Shown here: positions 18,059-28,129 of the stretch, in pieces | How the letters are laid out: each line of letters opens with the position of its first letter | Position numbering within the stretch: position 1 is the stretch's first letter | Assembly: GCA_030447245.1 (NCBI GenBank) | Contig: JAUJPG010000011.1 | Span: 67,079 to 131,078 of the forward strand | Length of the DNA stretch: 64,000 nt | Source: Chloroflexota bacterium | GTDB taxonomy: Bacteria > Chloroflexota > UBA6077 > JACCZL01 | Direction: 5' to 3' | Made by a program: the position numbers and the translations under genes | Notes under the pieces: model-generated | Told to the model about the DNA's origin: nothing | Seen by the model: the letters and a program-made list of their open reading frames with translations, nothing else | The model's database searches: none

Positions 18059-19801
18059 TCAGGCGTCGAGCCAGACGTGAGCTAAGTCCTGGTTGACGTA
18101 GTGGGAGGGTAGCACCGGGTAGTTCTTGACCGACGAGGAGTACGGTACGATCCGCTGCCACCAGATGATCGGGAAGGCGTACGCCATCTGCTGAATGCAG
18201 CGGTCCTCGAACTGCCAGACGAGTTGGTTCCGCCTCTCTGGATCGGTCTCACGTGACTGCTGGTCGTAAAGCGCGTCAAGCTCGCGGTCGGTGTAGCGGC
18301 TGTAGTTCGACGCGCTGCGGTCCGGGGACAGGAACTTCGAGAGCTGGATGTCCGGCTCGTCGGCATAATCGGCAATGAAATCGACGCTGACCTCGAAGTT
18401 GCCGGCGCGATGGTCGCTGAGATAGGCATTCGATTCCTGCTGAACGTGGGTGACGTTCAGCCCGATTCTACGCCACTGGTCGATCAGAAACACGCCGGAT
18501 GGCTCGTAGGGGGTAGGGACGTCGCGATTCTTGAGATTGAACGCGAAGCCGTCCGGCACACCCGCCTCCCGAAGCAGCCTGCGCGCCTCCTCTCTGGCCT
18601 GGGTCATGTCGCGCGAAAATCCCTCCATCTTCAGCAGCTCGCTCTCGGGCCGATGGAAGGGGCTACCGGGTCGGACAAACGTCCCGACCGGCTTGACGAC
18701 GGTAATTCGCGACAGCGCGTTCGAGCCTTCCCAGCGGTCTACGGCGATGTTGAGGGCGCGACGGACCCGCGGATCGTTGAACGGCGCCTTCTCGGTGTTG
18801 AAGATCGCGATCAGCGTGACGATCCAGGCGCTCTCCTCGACCTTGATCTTATCGCCCATGGCACGGACGAGGTCGTCGCGGGCCGGCGGAGGGAACCCGC
18901 GGAACTCGATCTGGGCGCGCCCACCGCGGATGGCCGCGATCTGGGCGGCCGGCTCGCGGATGAAGTTGGCGCGGAACCCGTCGAGGTACGGCCGGCCCTG
19001 GACGAAGTAGTCTGGGTTCTTCTGCCCTACCCAGTGGGAGCCGGGCACGTACTCGACGAACTTGTACGGCCCGGTGCCGAGCACGTTCTTCTCCGGAAAC
19101 TTCTGGTCGGCGGCTAGCTTGTCGGCACTGTAGATGTAGTTGAACGGTGACGCGAGCAGCGTCAGCAACGCGGCTGATGGGTACTTGAGCTTGAAGACGA
19201 TGGTCCCCGGATCTGGCGCCTCAACGCTCTCGACTGCACCGTAGGATCCCTTGCGCGCGCTGACCACCCCCTCAGGTGGGTTCAGAATTCGATCGTACGA
19301 CGCCTTGATGTCGCGGGCGGTGCACGGGGAGCCGTCGTGAAACTTGACGCCGTCGCGGATCTTGAAGGTGTAGGTGAGCTTGTCAGCCGAAACGTCCCAG
19401 CTTTCGGCAAGGTCCGGCATGACCTCCGGATAGGCGTCGGGGTTGAAGCGGATGAGCAGGCTGTAGTGCGGGGAGAGCGCATGGAGCAGCGCGAACGTCG
19501 TCTCGCGGTGGCCGTCGAACGACGGCGGCTCGGCTCCGACGATGAACTGGAGCTCGCCGCCCGTCCTCGGAGCGGCGGCGGCCGCTGGCGTCTGGGCCGC
19601 ACTCGCCGCGGGTGGCGCCACAGCAGTCGGCTGCGCGGCGACGGTTGGCTGCGCAGCAGGCGGCGCACTCGTCGGCGGCGTGGCCGGCTTAGTCTCGGCC
19701 GGCTTGCTGACCGGCGCGGCGGTCGGCGAGCAGGCCGTCGCCGCCAGCATCGCCACCGAGCTTCGCAGGAACGTTCGGCGCGTTAGTCCCACAGCGGCAC
19801 T
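18059..19801 (-). CDS. ABC transporter substrate-binding protein, family 5; tandem paralog of 16286..18037
   Basis: GTG start at 19801 with RBS GAGGAG. MGLTRRTFLRSSVAMLAATACS; highly similar to its neighbour over its whole length. Confidence 0.85.
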   Translation of the reverse strand, partial: SAAVGLTRRTFLRSSVAMLAATACSPTAAPVSKPAETKPATPPTSAPPAAQPTVAAQPTAVAPPAASAAQTPAAAAAPRTGGELQFIVGAEPPSFDGHRETTFALLHALSPHYSLLIRFNPDAYPEVMPDLAESWDVSADKLTYTFKIRDGVKFHDGSPCTARDIKASYDRILNPPEGVVSARKGSYGAVESVEAPDPGTIVFKLKYPSAALLTLLASPFNYIYSADKLAADQKFPEKNVLGTGPYKFVEYVPGSHWVGQKNPDYFVQGRPYLDGFRANFIREPAAQIAAIRGGRAQIEFRGFPPPARDDLVRAMGDKIKVEESAWIVTLIAIFNTEKAPFNDPRVRRALNIAVDRWEGSNALSRITVVKPVGTFVRPGSPFHRPESELLKMEGFSRDMTQAREEARRLLREAGVPDGFAFNLKNRDVPTPYEPSGVFLIDQWRRIGLNVTHVQQESNAYLSDHRAGNFEVSVDFIADYADEPDIQLSKFLSPDRSASNYSRYTDRELDALYDQQSRETDPERRNQLVWQFEDRCIQQMAYAFPIIWWQRIVPYSSSVKNYPVLPSHYVNQDLAHVWLDA

Positions 19802-20019
19802 CCTCGCCCGCAACCCGTCGCTGGGTGCTGGGGCCGCGGGCGGAGCCGCTGCCGATCCGGGGCGGCACTGCCCGTTGGCGGGACGATATCATAGGTCGCT
19901 CGGTAGTCCAAGGATTGCGGGACTCGGCGACACCTGCGGACTCGGCGTCGATCCGGCCGTGGCGACCTGCTTTTCCTGGGACAGCCGTGGCTCGGACGAT
20001 ATGCAGGCAGGAGGACGCG

Positions 20020-20733
20020 ATGGAGCTGCGGAATGGGGTCACACTTACCTGGCTCGGGCACGCTGCTTTCCGGATTGGCACAGCGGATGGACGCGTTGTC
20101 CTGGTTGACCCCTGGCTGGACAACCCGAAGGCGCCGCCGTCTGCGAAGAACCTGGATCGTGCTGACGCCGTCCTGGTCACGCACGGTCACTTTGACCATC
20201 TCGGCAACACCGCCGAGATCGCCCGACAGCATGGGGCAAAGGTCCTGGCGATCTACGAGGTGGCGACCTGGCTCCAGGGCCACGGTGTGCCCGAGGACCA
20301 ACTCATCCCGATGAACAAAGGCGGGACCGTCGACCTGGACGGCGTGCGCGTGACAATGGTCCATGCCCAGCACAGCTCGGGCATCACTGGCGAGAACGGG
20401 CTCGAGCCGGGAGGTGACGCGGCTGGCTACGTCGTCCGCTTCGGCAACGACTTCAGCCTCTATCACGCTGGCGATACGAACGTGCACGCCGACATGCGGC
20501 TGATCGGCGAGCTGTACCAGCCCCAGGTGGCGCTTCTCCCGATTGGCGGCCACTTCACCATGGGACCGACGGAGGCGGCCAGCGCCGCCAGGATGCTCGG
20601 CGTCAGAGCGGTGGTCCCGATGCACTACGGCACCTTCCCGCTCCTGACCGGCACACCGGCCCAGCTCCGCGAGGCGCTTGGCGCCGCCGAGATCGAGGTC
20701 GTCGAGCTAGAGCCGGGCGGGAGCTTGGAGTAG
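20020..20733 (+). CDS. Metal-dependent hydrolase, MBL fold (UPF0173 family)
   Basis: ATG at 20020 with RBS AGGAGG. HxHxDH (VTHGHFDH) and further metal ligands. Confidence 0.8.
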   Translation: MELRNGVTLTWLGHAAFRIGTADGRVVLVDPWLDNPKAPPSAKNLDRADAVLVTHGHFDHLGNTAEIARQHGAKVLAIYEVATWLQGHGVPEDQLIPMNKGGTVDLDGVRVTMVHAQHSSGITGENGLEPGGDAAGYVVRFGNDFSLYHAGDTNVHADMRLIGELYQPQVALLPIGGHFTMGPTEAASAARMLGVRAVVPMHYGTFPLLTGTPAQLREALGAAEIEVVELEPGGSLE

Positions 20734-21102
20734 CACCCTGTGCTGGAGAGGCGCGTGCGTACGCTGATGTCGGAACCTCCCGATGTCGAGGTCGCGTCTG
20801 ACAGCGACGTCGGCCGGCCGAAACGCAAGAACAACAACGTGCGCCGAGTTGCCGAGGCATGAGAGAAGTGGGTTCCGTGGAAAGGATCATGCGTGTGCGA
20901 CCAAGACCGGCCGGGCTTCCGGTAGTCCTTTGCCTCGACAGCTCGCTCGCGGCCTGATCCGCGAGGCCCAGTCCACGGGCAGGGCGCTCAAGCGCGCAAG
21001 CATCCGACGTCTCGTGAGGGACGCGATCGCTGAGCGGACCATGATCCACCGGGCGCGTGCCCGCGTAAGATCGGCAGACATCCGCAACTAGGAGGTCAGG
21101 TC

Positions 21103-21477
21103 ATGGTCGCTCAGTACGCGCGGGTGGTCGGCGTTGTCATCATCGTGATCGGCGTGGGGGGCTTGTTGCTCGGAGAGCAGTCGCTGTTCGGCCTACTGAA
21201 TATCGACATCGTCGAGGACATCATCCACCTGGTCACAGGCGGGCTGATGGCCTACGTCGGCTTCGCCCGCCCGGACCCCGGCCTGCTCAGGAACGTGGTC
21301 GGCGGGTTGGGAGTCGTCTACCTGCTGGTCGGCCTGCTCGGCTTCGTCGCGCCAAACCTGTTCGGACTGCTGCCGCATGGCTACACGATGGCCGACAACC
21401 TGCTCCACCTCGGGCTCGGCGCCGCCGGGATCGCGGTCGCCTGGTTCGTGCGGCGGGACAGGGCGGCAACGGTCTGA
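21103..21477 (+). CDS. DUF4383-like small membrane protein
   Basis: RBS GGAGG upstream; 124 aa with 4 TM helices. Confidence 0.6.
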   Translation: MVAQYARVVGVVIIVIGVGGLLLGEQSLFGLLNIDIVEDIIHLVTGGLMAYVGFARPDPGLLRNVVGGLGVVYLLVGLLGFVAPNLFGLLPHGYTMADNLLHLGLGAAGIAVAWFVRRDRAATV

Positions 21478-21559
21478 CGCGGGTAGGTGGCCGGGGTCGC
21501 ACGTAGAGGAGCGCAACCGTAGCCGATGGTCTCGATGCTAAACGCTCTCTTCCGCCCCA

Positions 21560-21985
21560 CTACCGCGCGGGCCAGGGCTTGCGCCGCGCCGGTACGCCGG
21601 CTGGTCCAGCGACCAGGCGGTCGGCGGCCAGGCCGGTGGCGAAGGCGTAGATTGCCTTGTGCAGCAGGTCGATCATCTGCTCGTCGACCGGCCACGTCCA
21701 CGGCAACGCACCCACGCCGGTGGCGTTCTCCAACGTCTGGTCGTTGAGCAGGCGCAGGTTCATGAACAGGAACGACCCGACCGGACCACGCACTCCGCGC
21801 TCCGCCATCAGCGCGCGCACGGTGCCAAGCAGGACCCCCTGACCCCAGTGCATGGTCCAGTTCATCCACAGCCGCTCGCGGTCTGGCTTGCTGGGGAGCC
21901 GCAGCAGCCGCTCGAGCGTGTGTCCAGGGACGAACGAGCTAGGCCGATGGGTCAGCACCTGCTCGAGCTTCTCCGCGGCGGTCAT
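21560..21985 (-). CDS. Hypothetical protein
   Basis: Open frame 21560..22078; start chosen at MTAAEKLEQV. No recognised domain. Confidence 0.3.
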   Translation of the reverse strand: MTAAEKLEQVLTHRPSSFVPGHTLERLLRLPSKPDRERLWMNWTMHWGQGVLLGTVRALMAERGVRGPVGSFLFMNLRLLNDQTLENATGVGALPWTWPVDEQMIDLLHKAIYAFATGLAADRLVAGPAGVPARRKPWPAR

Positions 21986-22038
21986 CGCCGTGACTCCCGC
22001 CAACCCTGCCACAAGTCCGCGCACCGCCACACTCCTCG

Positions 22039-22392
22039 TCACTGTTGCACCCTCTCCTGCCGAATGTACGCAACCCAATCATGCTCACGCCCGCTGCGCC
22101 GAGCGTACCCTCGCGGTGCGCCCCGGTAAAAGAAAGGCCCGCCGCACTGGGCCTCCTGTGGGCCGAACCACGTCGCCTGCATTCCCCTGCAGCGGCCATT
22201 GGACTCACCAATCGCCATGCCGGTCAGCGGGCCGATCAAGAAGCCGATCACCCGGCCAACCGGGACGCCCCCGATCCCGGCGACGGCGCCGCCACCCAGC
22301 GCACCCACGACGTCGTCGCTCATCGCGCCGGCTGCCCCCGTGGTGGCCTCACGGCCAGCGAGCCCTCTGCGTGCCACATCGTCGCCTGCCAT
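22039..22392 (-). CDS. Hypothetical glycine-rich (glycine-zipper-like) small protein
   Basis: GALGGGAVAGIGGVPVGRVIGFLIGPLTGMAIG segment. Low confidence; it could be a non-coding GC-rich frame. Confidence 0.2.
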   Translation of the reverse strand: MAGDDVARRGLAGREATTGAAGAMSDDVVGALGGGAVAGIGGVPVGRVIGFLIGPLTGMAIGESNGRCRGMQATWFGPQEAQCGGPFFYRGAPRGYARRSGREHDWVAYIRQERVQQ

Positions 22393-23727
22393 CAGCGTCT
22401 CTCTGGATACGTGCAGTCATCCGGCCCCCGAGCGGGATTACCACGCCGAGAATCGCACTGATCGTGCCAGCTACGCAGGGCGGGGCGGGGTCTCATGGTA
22501 GAGCATCGGCACAATGTGGCTACCGTACCTCGTGCGCCGGTTGCCGCTGATTGTGGGCGCTTGCGCCTCCCGCGCTGCCGGCACTGGCGTGACGCTCCCG
22601 CCCGCGTGGTCGCGCCGGGGCGGGGATAGCGGGGGGTTGTGTTGCCGAGGTCGGCTGGTCGCTGGGAACGCTCGAGCAGACGTGGAAGTCGACCGCGGCC
22701 CACTCTCGTGGAAGCGCCGCTACGTTGACAGGGAAGGGCTGACCGGTCATGCTGACCGCAGACCGACGCCCGAGCCGTTTGGACGGCCGGCCACGCCCGC
22801 CTGGAGGGAAGCCATGCGGTACTACGAGGATGAGGCCCAAGAGGGTCAGACCTGGGAGGGCTGGGATGACGAGACCGGTGAGGGTAACCCAGCGCTCTCG
22901 GAAAACCTCCCGGAGCGTAGCGAGCCGCACGAGTAAGCCGGGGGTCGCAGCTCCAGCTGCCTCCGCTCGCCGATTCCGGTCGGTGTTTTTGCCGTGTCTG
23001 ACCGTCTAGGGAAGCGGTGATCCGCACCTGTGATCCGGGTGACGGAATTGTGACGCGAGCGGCCCACGGCCGGCCCAGGGCCTGTCTGCACAACATCGTT
23101 ACAATAGGATCGTGAACCGACATGAACTATCGGATACGCAATGAGAGGGACTGGGCACGCAACAGCGGCCGTCCCAACCCAGGCGCGGCCGGCCGAGCCA
23201 CGCCAGCCGTCGGCTAGTGCATGGGATGCTGTCGCGGCCAACCAAGGGTGCGCCATGGCGCACCCTTCCGTCGCGGTATGGCCCGTGGCTGACGGTGTAT
23301 AGCCGCTTCCGCCACCGGCGGTGGGCTGGTGTGTGGGAGCGCGTGCTGGCTGACCTCCAGGGTTGAGCCCAGCGACCAACTGGCGCTGCCGGCGCTGTGG
23401 AGACGAAGGCGGTCCGTCGATGTGGACCATGGGTCCGCCTGCGGCCGGACCGAATCGCGGGTGACACGGGGTACAACAGCGGGCCGTGCGGCGCTTTCTG
23501 CGGCGCCGCGGGATCAGTGCCGTTATCCTCCGCCGCCGCACCGAGCCACTGAATCACCTAGTTGGGTGATTCGCGCTCGCCGGCACTCCACGAGCGTCAA
23601 ACGATACGACCTCGAAGTTCTCCAGCTCTACCCGGGTTCTCACACCAACCGGGTTCTCACACCAAGACCACCGCCAATCCGGGGCGGCCCGTGACGCCGC
23701 GCTCGACCCTGCGCGTAAAGGACGTAC

Positions 23728-24903
23728 ATGATCGACTCGCCCTTCCAGAGCTTCTTCATGGGCGGCTTCGAGTGCTCCACTCACCGCCCGCGCTCCGGCA
23801 GACGGCTAGACCTGATTGCGGCAACCGGACATGACACGCATGCCCATGCCGACTACGCGCGGGCGGACGCACAGGGCATCCGCACCGTCCGCGATGGCAT
23901 CCGCTGGCATCTGATCGAGCGACGGGCCAACCGCTACGATTTCACCAGCGTGCTGCCGATGCTGCGCGCCGCTCGGACAGCGGGCGTGCAGGTAGTCTGG
24001 GATCTGTGCCATTACGGCTGGCCGGACGACATCGACATCTTCCGACCAGCATTCGTTGAGCGTTTCGCTCGCATGGTGCGCGCTTTCGCCGCCGTGTTGG
24101 CCGGCGAAACCGATACTGCCCCGGTTGTTGTGCCGGTGAATGAGATCTCGTTTTTCGCCTGGGCTGGGGGCGACACCAGATCGATCAACCCATTCAAACG
24201 GGGGCGCGGCAACGAGCTGAAGGCTCAGCTCATCCGCGCTGCAATCGCGGCGATCGAGGCGATCCGAGATGTCATTCCGGATGTCCGCGTGGCCTCCGCC
24301 GAACCGCTGATCCACGTCATCAACGATCCAACACGGCCGCACGAGGGCGCTGCCGCCGAGGCGTACCGACTGGCCCAGTACCAGGTGTGGGATATGCTCT
24401 GCGGGCGCGAGGCGCCGCACCTCGGCGGCGACATGAAGTATCTCGACCTGGTCGGCGTCAACTACTATCCCGACAACCAGTGGTATTTCGCCGGACCGAC
24501 GGTTGCACGGCCGCGGACGATTGACCGCGCGCACCGCGACTACCGCCCATTCCGACAGATGCTGCGCGAGGTCCACGACCGGTACGGCCGCCCGGTGTTC
24601 ATCGCCGAGACGGGGTGCGAGGACGGCGGGCGCGCCGAGTGGCTGCGCTTTGTCGGCCGCGAGGTGCGCGCCGCCATGCGAATGGGAGTGCCGATCACGG
24701 GACTATGCCTGTACCCGATCCTGGACTACCCCGGCTGGAATGATGACCGCCACTGCCACACTGGCCTCTGGGGCTACTGCGACGCTACAGGCACACGCGA
24801 CGTCTACCAACCGCTGGCACGAGAGGTGCGCCGCCAGCGCCAGTACGTGGCGCGGTTACGATCGGAGGCCGCCAGGGACCAGTCGCTGCTGGAGGCGGTG
24901 TAA
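23728..24903 (+). CDS. Glycoside hydrolase, clan GH-A TIM-barrel (GH1-like beta-glycosidase-related)
   Basis: MIDSPFQSFFMGGFECSTH N-terminus, NEISFF (acid/base NE) and FIAETGCEDG (nucleophile ETG) motifs. Confidence 0.6.
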   Translation: MIDSPFQSFFMGGFECSTHRPRSGRRLDLIAATGHDTHAHADYARADAQGIRTVRDGIRWHLIERRANRYDFTSVLPMLRAARTAGVQVVWDLCHYGWPDDIDIFRPAFVERFARMVRAFAAVLAGETDTAPVVVPVNEISFFAWAGGDTRSINPFKRGRGNELKAQLIRAAIAAIEAIRDVIPDVRVASAEPLIHVINDPTRPHEGAAAEAYRLAQYQVWDMLCGREAPHLGGDMKYLDLVGVNYYPDNQWYFAGPTVARPRTIDRAHRDYRPFRQMLREVHDRYGRPVFIAETGCEDGGRAEWLRFVGREVRAAMRMGVPITGLCLYPILDYPGWNDDRHCHTGLWGYCDATGTRDVYQPLAREVRRQRQYVARLRSEAARDQSLLEAV

Positions 24904-25439
24904 CGCCGTGGAGGAGCCGTTATCTGCGCCTCGCCAGGGGCGAATGCGCCACCACTGCGCCGATGGTGCCGCCGAACCCATTTGCAGCCAGGCCGGAGTA
25001 CTGCAGCGACACCGGTGAGGTGATCGTCGCATGCTTGGCTCGGGAGGGGCGACATGGCTACTGAGCGTGCGCAAGCGGGGTCGGTGAGTCGTGGCGACCA
25101 GTCGGTGAGTGACGGGCTTGGATGCGCTGCATGGTCGCACCGCCCCACGGCTTCGGTCGCGCCGAGGGTCGGGCATGCGTCCGGCGCTCCCGGGCGGGCC
25201 TGCGCGGGGCGATCATGCGCTGGAACGGCTGGCCGGTGGGGGTGCTCCCGGATGCGCGGGTCGCGGGGGGGGTGCGGGTGGGGGCTCGATGCGGTCTAGG
25301 AAACGCGGAGGCGGGCCGCGATGACCCACGGACGTACGTGGTCGAGTACCTCCGGCACGCGCGCAGGCTCTTGGTCGTGAATGAGATCGGCGTACGCCCT
25401 GTGTCTCGCGGTCGCGCAAACCACCGGGCCAGGCCATGT

Positions 25440-25477
25440 CATCTGTTGGCGGCCGCTTCTGGAGCGATGGTCAGATT
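25440..25477. repeat. attL-like direct repeat (38 bp) matching the 3' end of tRNA-Thr plus 20 bp of flank
   Basis: catctgttggcggccgcttctggagc(-)gatggtcagatt is identical, apart from one 1-nt indel, to 31588..31626. Confidence 0.75.
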
Positions 25478-25651
25478 TGCCTGAGTGCCATCCGCGGGCA
25501 TCCGTCAGTGTCCTCCGCCATTTGGTCGCTGAGTGCTTCCGTCCGCCCGCGTCCGCCGTCCACTGCTACAGTCCGCCTGGGTTGCTACATGCGCTGCTAC
25601 ATGCGGGCACTCAGCCGAGCGTCCGCTACGGTCATTGGTCACGAGGATGCC

Positions 25652-25972
25652 ATGCGGATCGCGGCCCTCGTACTCGGGGTGGTAGGCGCTGTCTTCGGTC
25701 TGATCGCGGCGGTGCTGGCCCTTGGGATTGGCGGCGTAGGCTCGGCGTTCAATGCACAGCGAGCCGGTACGGTGGTCAACCTGGGGTTGGGCGCGATCGG
25801 GTTCGCCGTGCTGGGGCTTATCGGCGGGAGCGTGGCGATCGCAAAACCCCGGGCGGCCGCGGCGCTGCTGTCGATCGCGGCCGACCAGCGCACGGCGGCC
25901 CGGCGATGGCTGTTCGACCTCTTCCCTGCCCTGCTGATCTGGACCGGCCTGTTCACGATCGTCGCCCGTTAG
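25652..25972 (+). CDS. Small membrane protein (106 aa, 3 TM helices)
   Basis: ATG at 25652 after GAGGA; MRIAALVLGVVGAVFGLIAAVLALGIGG... Confidence 0.4.
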   Translation: MRIAALVLGVVGAVFGLIAAVLALGIGGVGSAFNAQRAGTVVNLGLGAIGFAVLGLIGGSVAIAKPRAAAALLSIAADQRTAARRWLFDLFPALLIWTGLFTIVAR

Positions 25973-26071
25973 CGGTTGCTGAGGCTACCGGCGAGTGATG
26001 GTAGTGCTTCTACTCAAGCGGTCTGCCAGCGCGGCTACCATGGGGGTGGAAGGCACGTGACGGGGGCGGCG

Positions 26072-26257
26072 ATGACTCGATGGGTCGCAACGCTGTTCGA
26101 TCGGTGGTGTAGCCTGGTGGCTTGGGCCGGCGCGCTCGGAGCGTGCGTCTGGGGCGTCTGGCAGGTCGGCCGGGCTGATCCCGCGGGGTTTACGCTGCTG
26201 TTCCTCGGATCTGTCATGCTGGTGCTGCTGGTGGGCTACCGCCGCCAAAAGACCTAG
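26072..26257 (+). CDS. Small membrane protein (61 aa, 2 TM helices)
   Basis: MTRWVATLFDRWCSLVAWAGALGACVWGVWQV...FLGSVMLVLLVGYRRQKT. Confidence 0.35.
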   Translation: MTRWVATLFDRWCSLVAWAGALGACVWGVWQVGRADPAGFTLLFLGSVMLVLLVGYRRQKT

Positions 26258-26620
26258 GGTGTTCGCCAGCAAGCGGGATGGGAGAGCTTTCGGCCATGAG
26301 CTCTGGCACGCCGCTCGGCAGGAAGTAAGGAGGCGCGCTTCAGCGGCCCTCCGTGATCCTGGCAGCCCGAGCAGTTGTTGAGGCTGTTGGTTGATCCCCA
26401 CTGCACGCTGGTACGGGTGACCGTGCCGGACGGGTCATTCTCGATGCCCCTGTTCATAGCTCGCGACCTCACGTCATCTCGCAACACCGTCCGCTCCGCG
26501 CAAGTTTTGCCGCGCGAGGTGCATCTTAGGTGGAGTAGGGATGCAGTGGGCGCCCACTGCCTGACCCCCAGGAGGACGTTAGAACGGGTGGGGAGACCGC
26601 CCCGAAGGGATAGGCAAGAC

Positions 26621-27223
26621 ATGAAGCAGTGGAGAACTCGACCGGCCGCGGCTGCTCTCGCCGCGGCGTTAGCGCTTGCGTCGCCAGCGGCACCGCTGGC
26701 CCTTGGCCACCACGACGACGCTGTACCCGCGGAGCTGAGCTCCTGGGCCGCCCTCGACGTCGGCCCGGCCGCCTCGGAGGGGGCGGCGTGGCACCACCAG
26801 GGCAGGGGCCGTGGGGGCCCTGGCGCTCAGCGGGACGACGATAAGCGGGATGACGACGAGGTCACCGCGCGGGACCGGGGCCCAGCCGGCGGCCATGGGC
26901 GGGGCCTCGGCCGAGGCCGCGACGTCCAGGACGACGACGAGGTCAGCGGGCAAGGTCAGGGCCGAGGCCGGGGCCTCGCCGGTGGGCCCGCTCGCGGTAC
27001 GGGCGGCGGTGCCACCCGGGGCCGAGACCACCGCGAAGAGGCCCACGAGGGCGACCGCGATTGCTCACCGCCGTGGCAGAACCACGGCCACTACGTGAAC
27101 TGCGTCGCCCGCGGAGAAGTCGAGGTGGACGGCGAGAGCGTGGACGAGGTCGATAACCCGGGCAGCGTCGTCCGCGAGGCCGCCCAGAGCGATGTGGGCA
27201 AGTCCGACGGCGATGGCGACTAG
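26621..27223 (+). CDS. Secreted low-complexity protein (RG/acidic repeats)
   Basis: Signal peptide MKQWRTRPAAAALAAALALASPAAPLA, then HH, RGRG and DDDE repeats, then a C-terminal HGHYVNCVARGEVEVDG segment. Confidence 0.45.
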   Translation: MKQWRTRPAAAALAAALALASPAAPLALGHHDDAVPAELSSWAALDVGPAASEGAAWHHQGRGRGGPGAQRDDDKRDDDEVTARDRGPAGGHGRGLGRGRDVQDDDEVSGQGQGRGRGLAGGPARGTGGGATRGRDHREEAHEGDRDCSPPWQNHGHYVNCVARGEVEVDGESVDEVDNPGSVVREAAQSDVGKSDGDGD

Positions 27224-27512
27224 AGGGGCGCGGACGTCCCGCTCGCGCACCTGTCGAGACGGCACCATACACGGGGATGGAGCAGCTGCCCCACCCCCCT
27301 CTGCGTGCTCGGGATCACGGAGGAAGGCGTCGCGTACTGCCCAGCGACACGCCGCAAAGCCGGAGCTCCCGAGGATGAGCACGGGACTTCAGCGCATCGC
27401 CGCCCCGCCAGGCGAACCCGAGAGGGCGGCTGTTCGCCCAGAGCCGGGCACCAGCCGTACTTGGGTGAAGCGACCGATGTCCGGCGGGGCGGTGTGGTCT
27501 GGACGAGCGCCG

Positions 27513-27608
27513 CTAGAGGATACCGGCCATCCGCAGGATGACGACGGAGATGATGATCGCGACGACTAAGCCGACGATGCCGTAGGGGCCGCCAGGCGTG
27601 TTTCGCAT
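27513..27608 (-). CDS. 31-aa hydrophobic peptide (toxin-like small membrane protein)
   Basis: Strong RBS CAGGAGG 6 nt before the ATG. Product is MRNTPGGPYGIVGLVVAIIISVVILRMAGIL. It is not in the ORF track because it is shorter than 60 aa. Confidence 0.3.
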   Translation of the reverse strand: MRNTPGGPYGIVGLVVAIIISVVILRMAGIL

Positions 27609-27749
27609 GTGGACCTCCTGTGCTCGCCCCGGCGTGGCTGATCCGCCCGGCCGCGTCAAGTGCGCACGCCTGCTTGGCGTTCAGCGCTGACCACGAATGG
27701 AGGCCGGGCTTCGATGTCCGGTGGGGCAGTCTAGCCGACCGCGCTCCTG

Positions 27750-28039
27750 TCAGGCTTGCGCGATGACCTCGTACTCCTCGACGCTCTGGACGGTCGCGCC
27801 GAAGGCCTGGGTGGACTGGGTGCGGGACTGTTCCACCGCCGCCGCGCTGGCGCGTAGGGCCTCCTCGCTCTCCCAGAGGGCCACCGCTATCACCTTGCCG
27901 GATTGGCGGTCGGCCATCCAGTACGCGTCCTTGAAGCCACGCATCTGGCGGATGGCCGGAATGACCTTCTCCTGGATCATGCGCGCGGCTTCGTCGAGAC
28001 TGTCCGGCGGGCCTTGCACGGTAGTCACGCGAGCGAACA
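27750..28039 (-). CDS. ABM-domain (antibiotic biosynthesis monooxygenase / Dabb) protein
   Basis: RBS GGGAGG; MFARVTTVQGPPDSLDEAARMIQEKVIPAIRQMRGFKDAYWMADRQSGKVIAVALWESEEA, the ferredoxin-like ABM fold signature. Confidence 0.65.
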
Positions 28040-28129
28040 TCGTCGCACCTCCCTGGCTGCTCCCGGCGATGCGGGGCGAACCTAGCAGACCATGCCGGGC
28101 GCCTCCTGTCAAGGCGCGAGTGTAGTTAG

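Noticed and set aside
16328-19786. Several 150 to 315-aa ORFs on the plus strand (16328..17086, 17138..18085, 18410..19117, 19337..19786)
   Set aside because: Opposite-strand shadows of the two substrate-binding-protein genes; Arg/Ala/Gly-rich low complexity.
20783-21091. 102-aa ORF with a C-terminal ...GRALKRASIRRLVRDAIAERT... segment, a possible ribbon-helix-helix protein
   Set aside because: No clear start or RBS; the N-terminal two-thirds are low complexity. The similarity is too weak to call.
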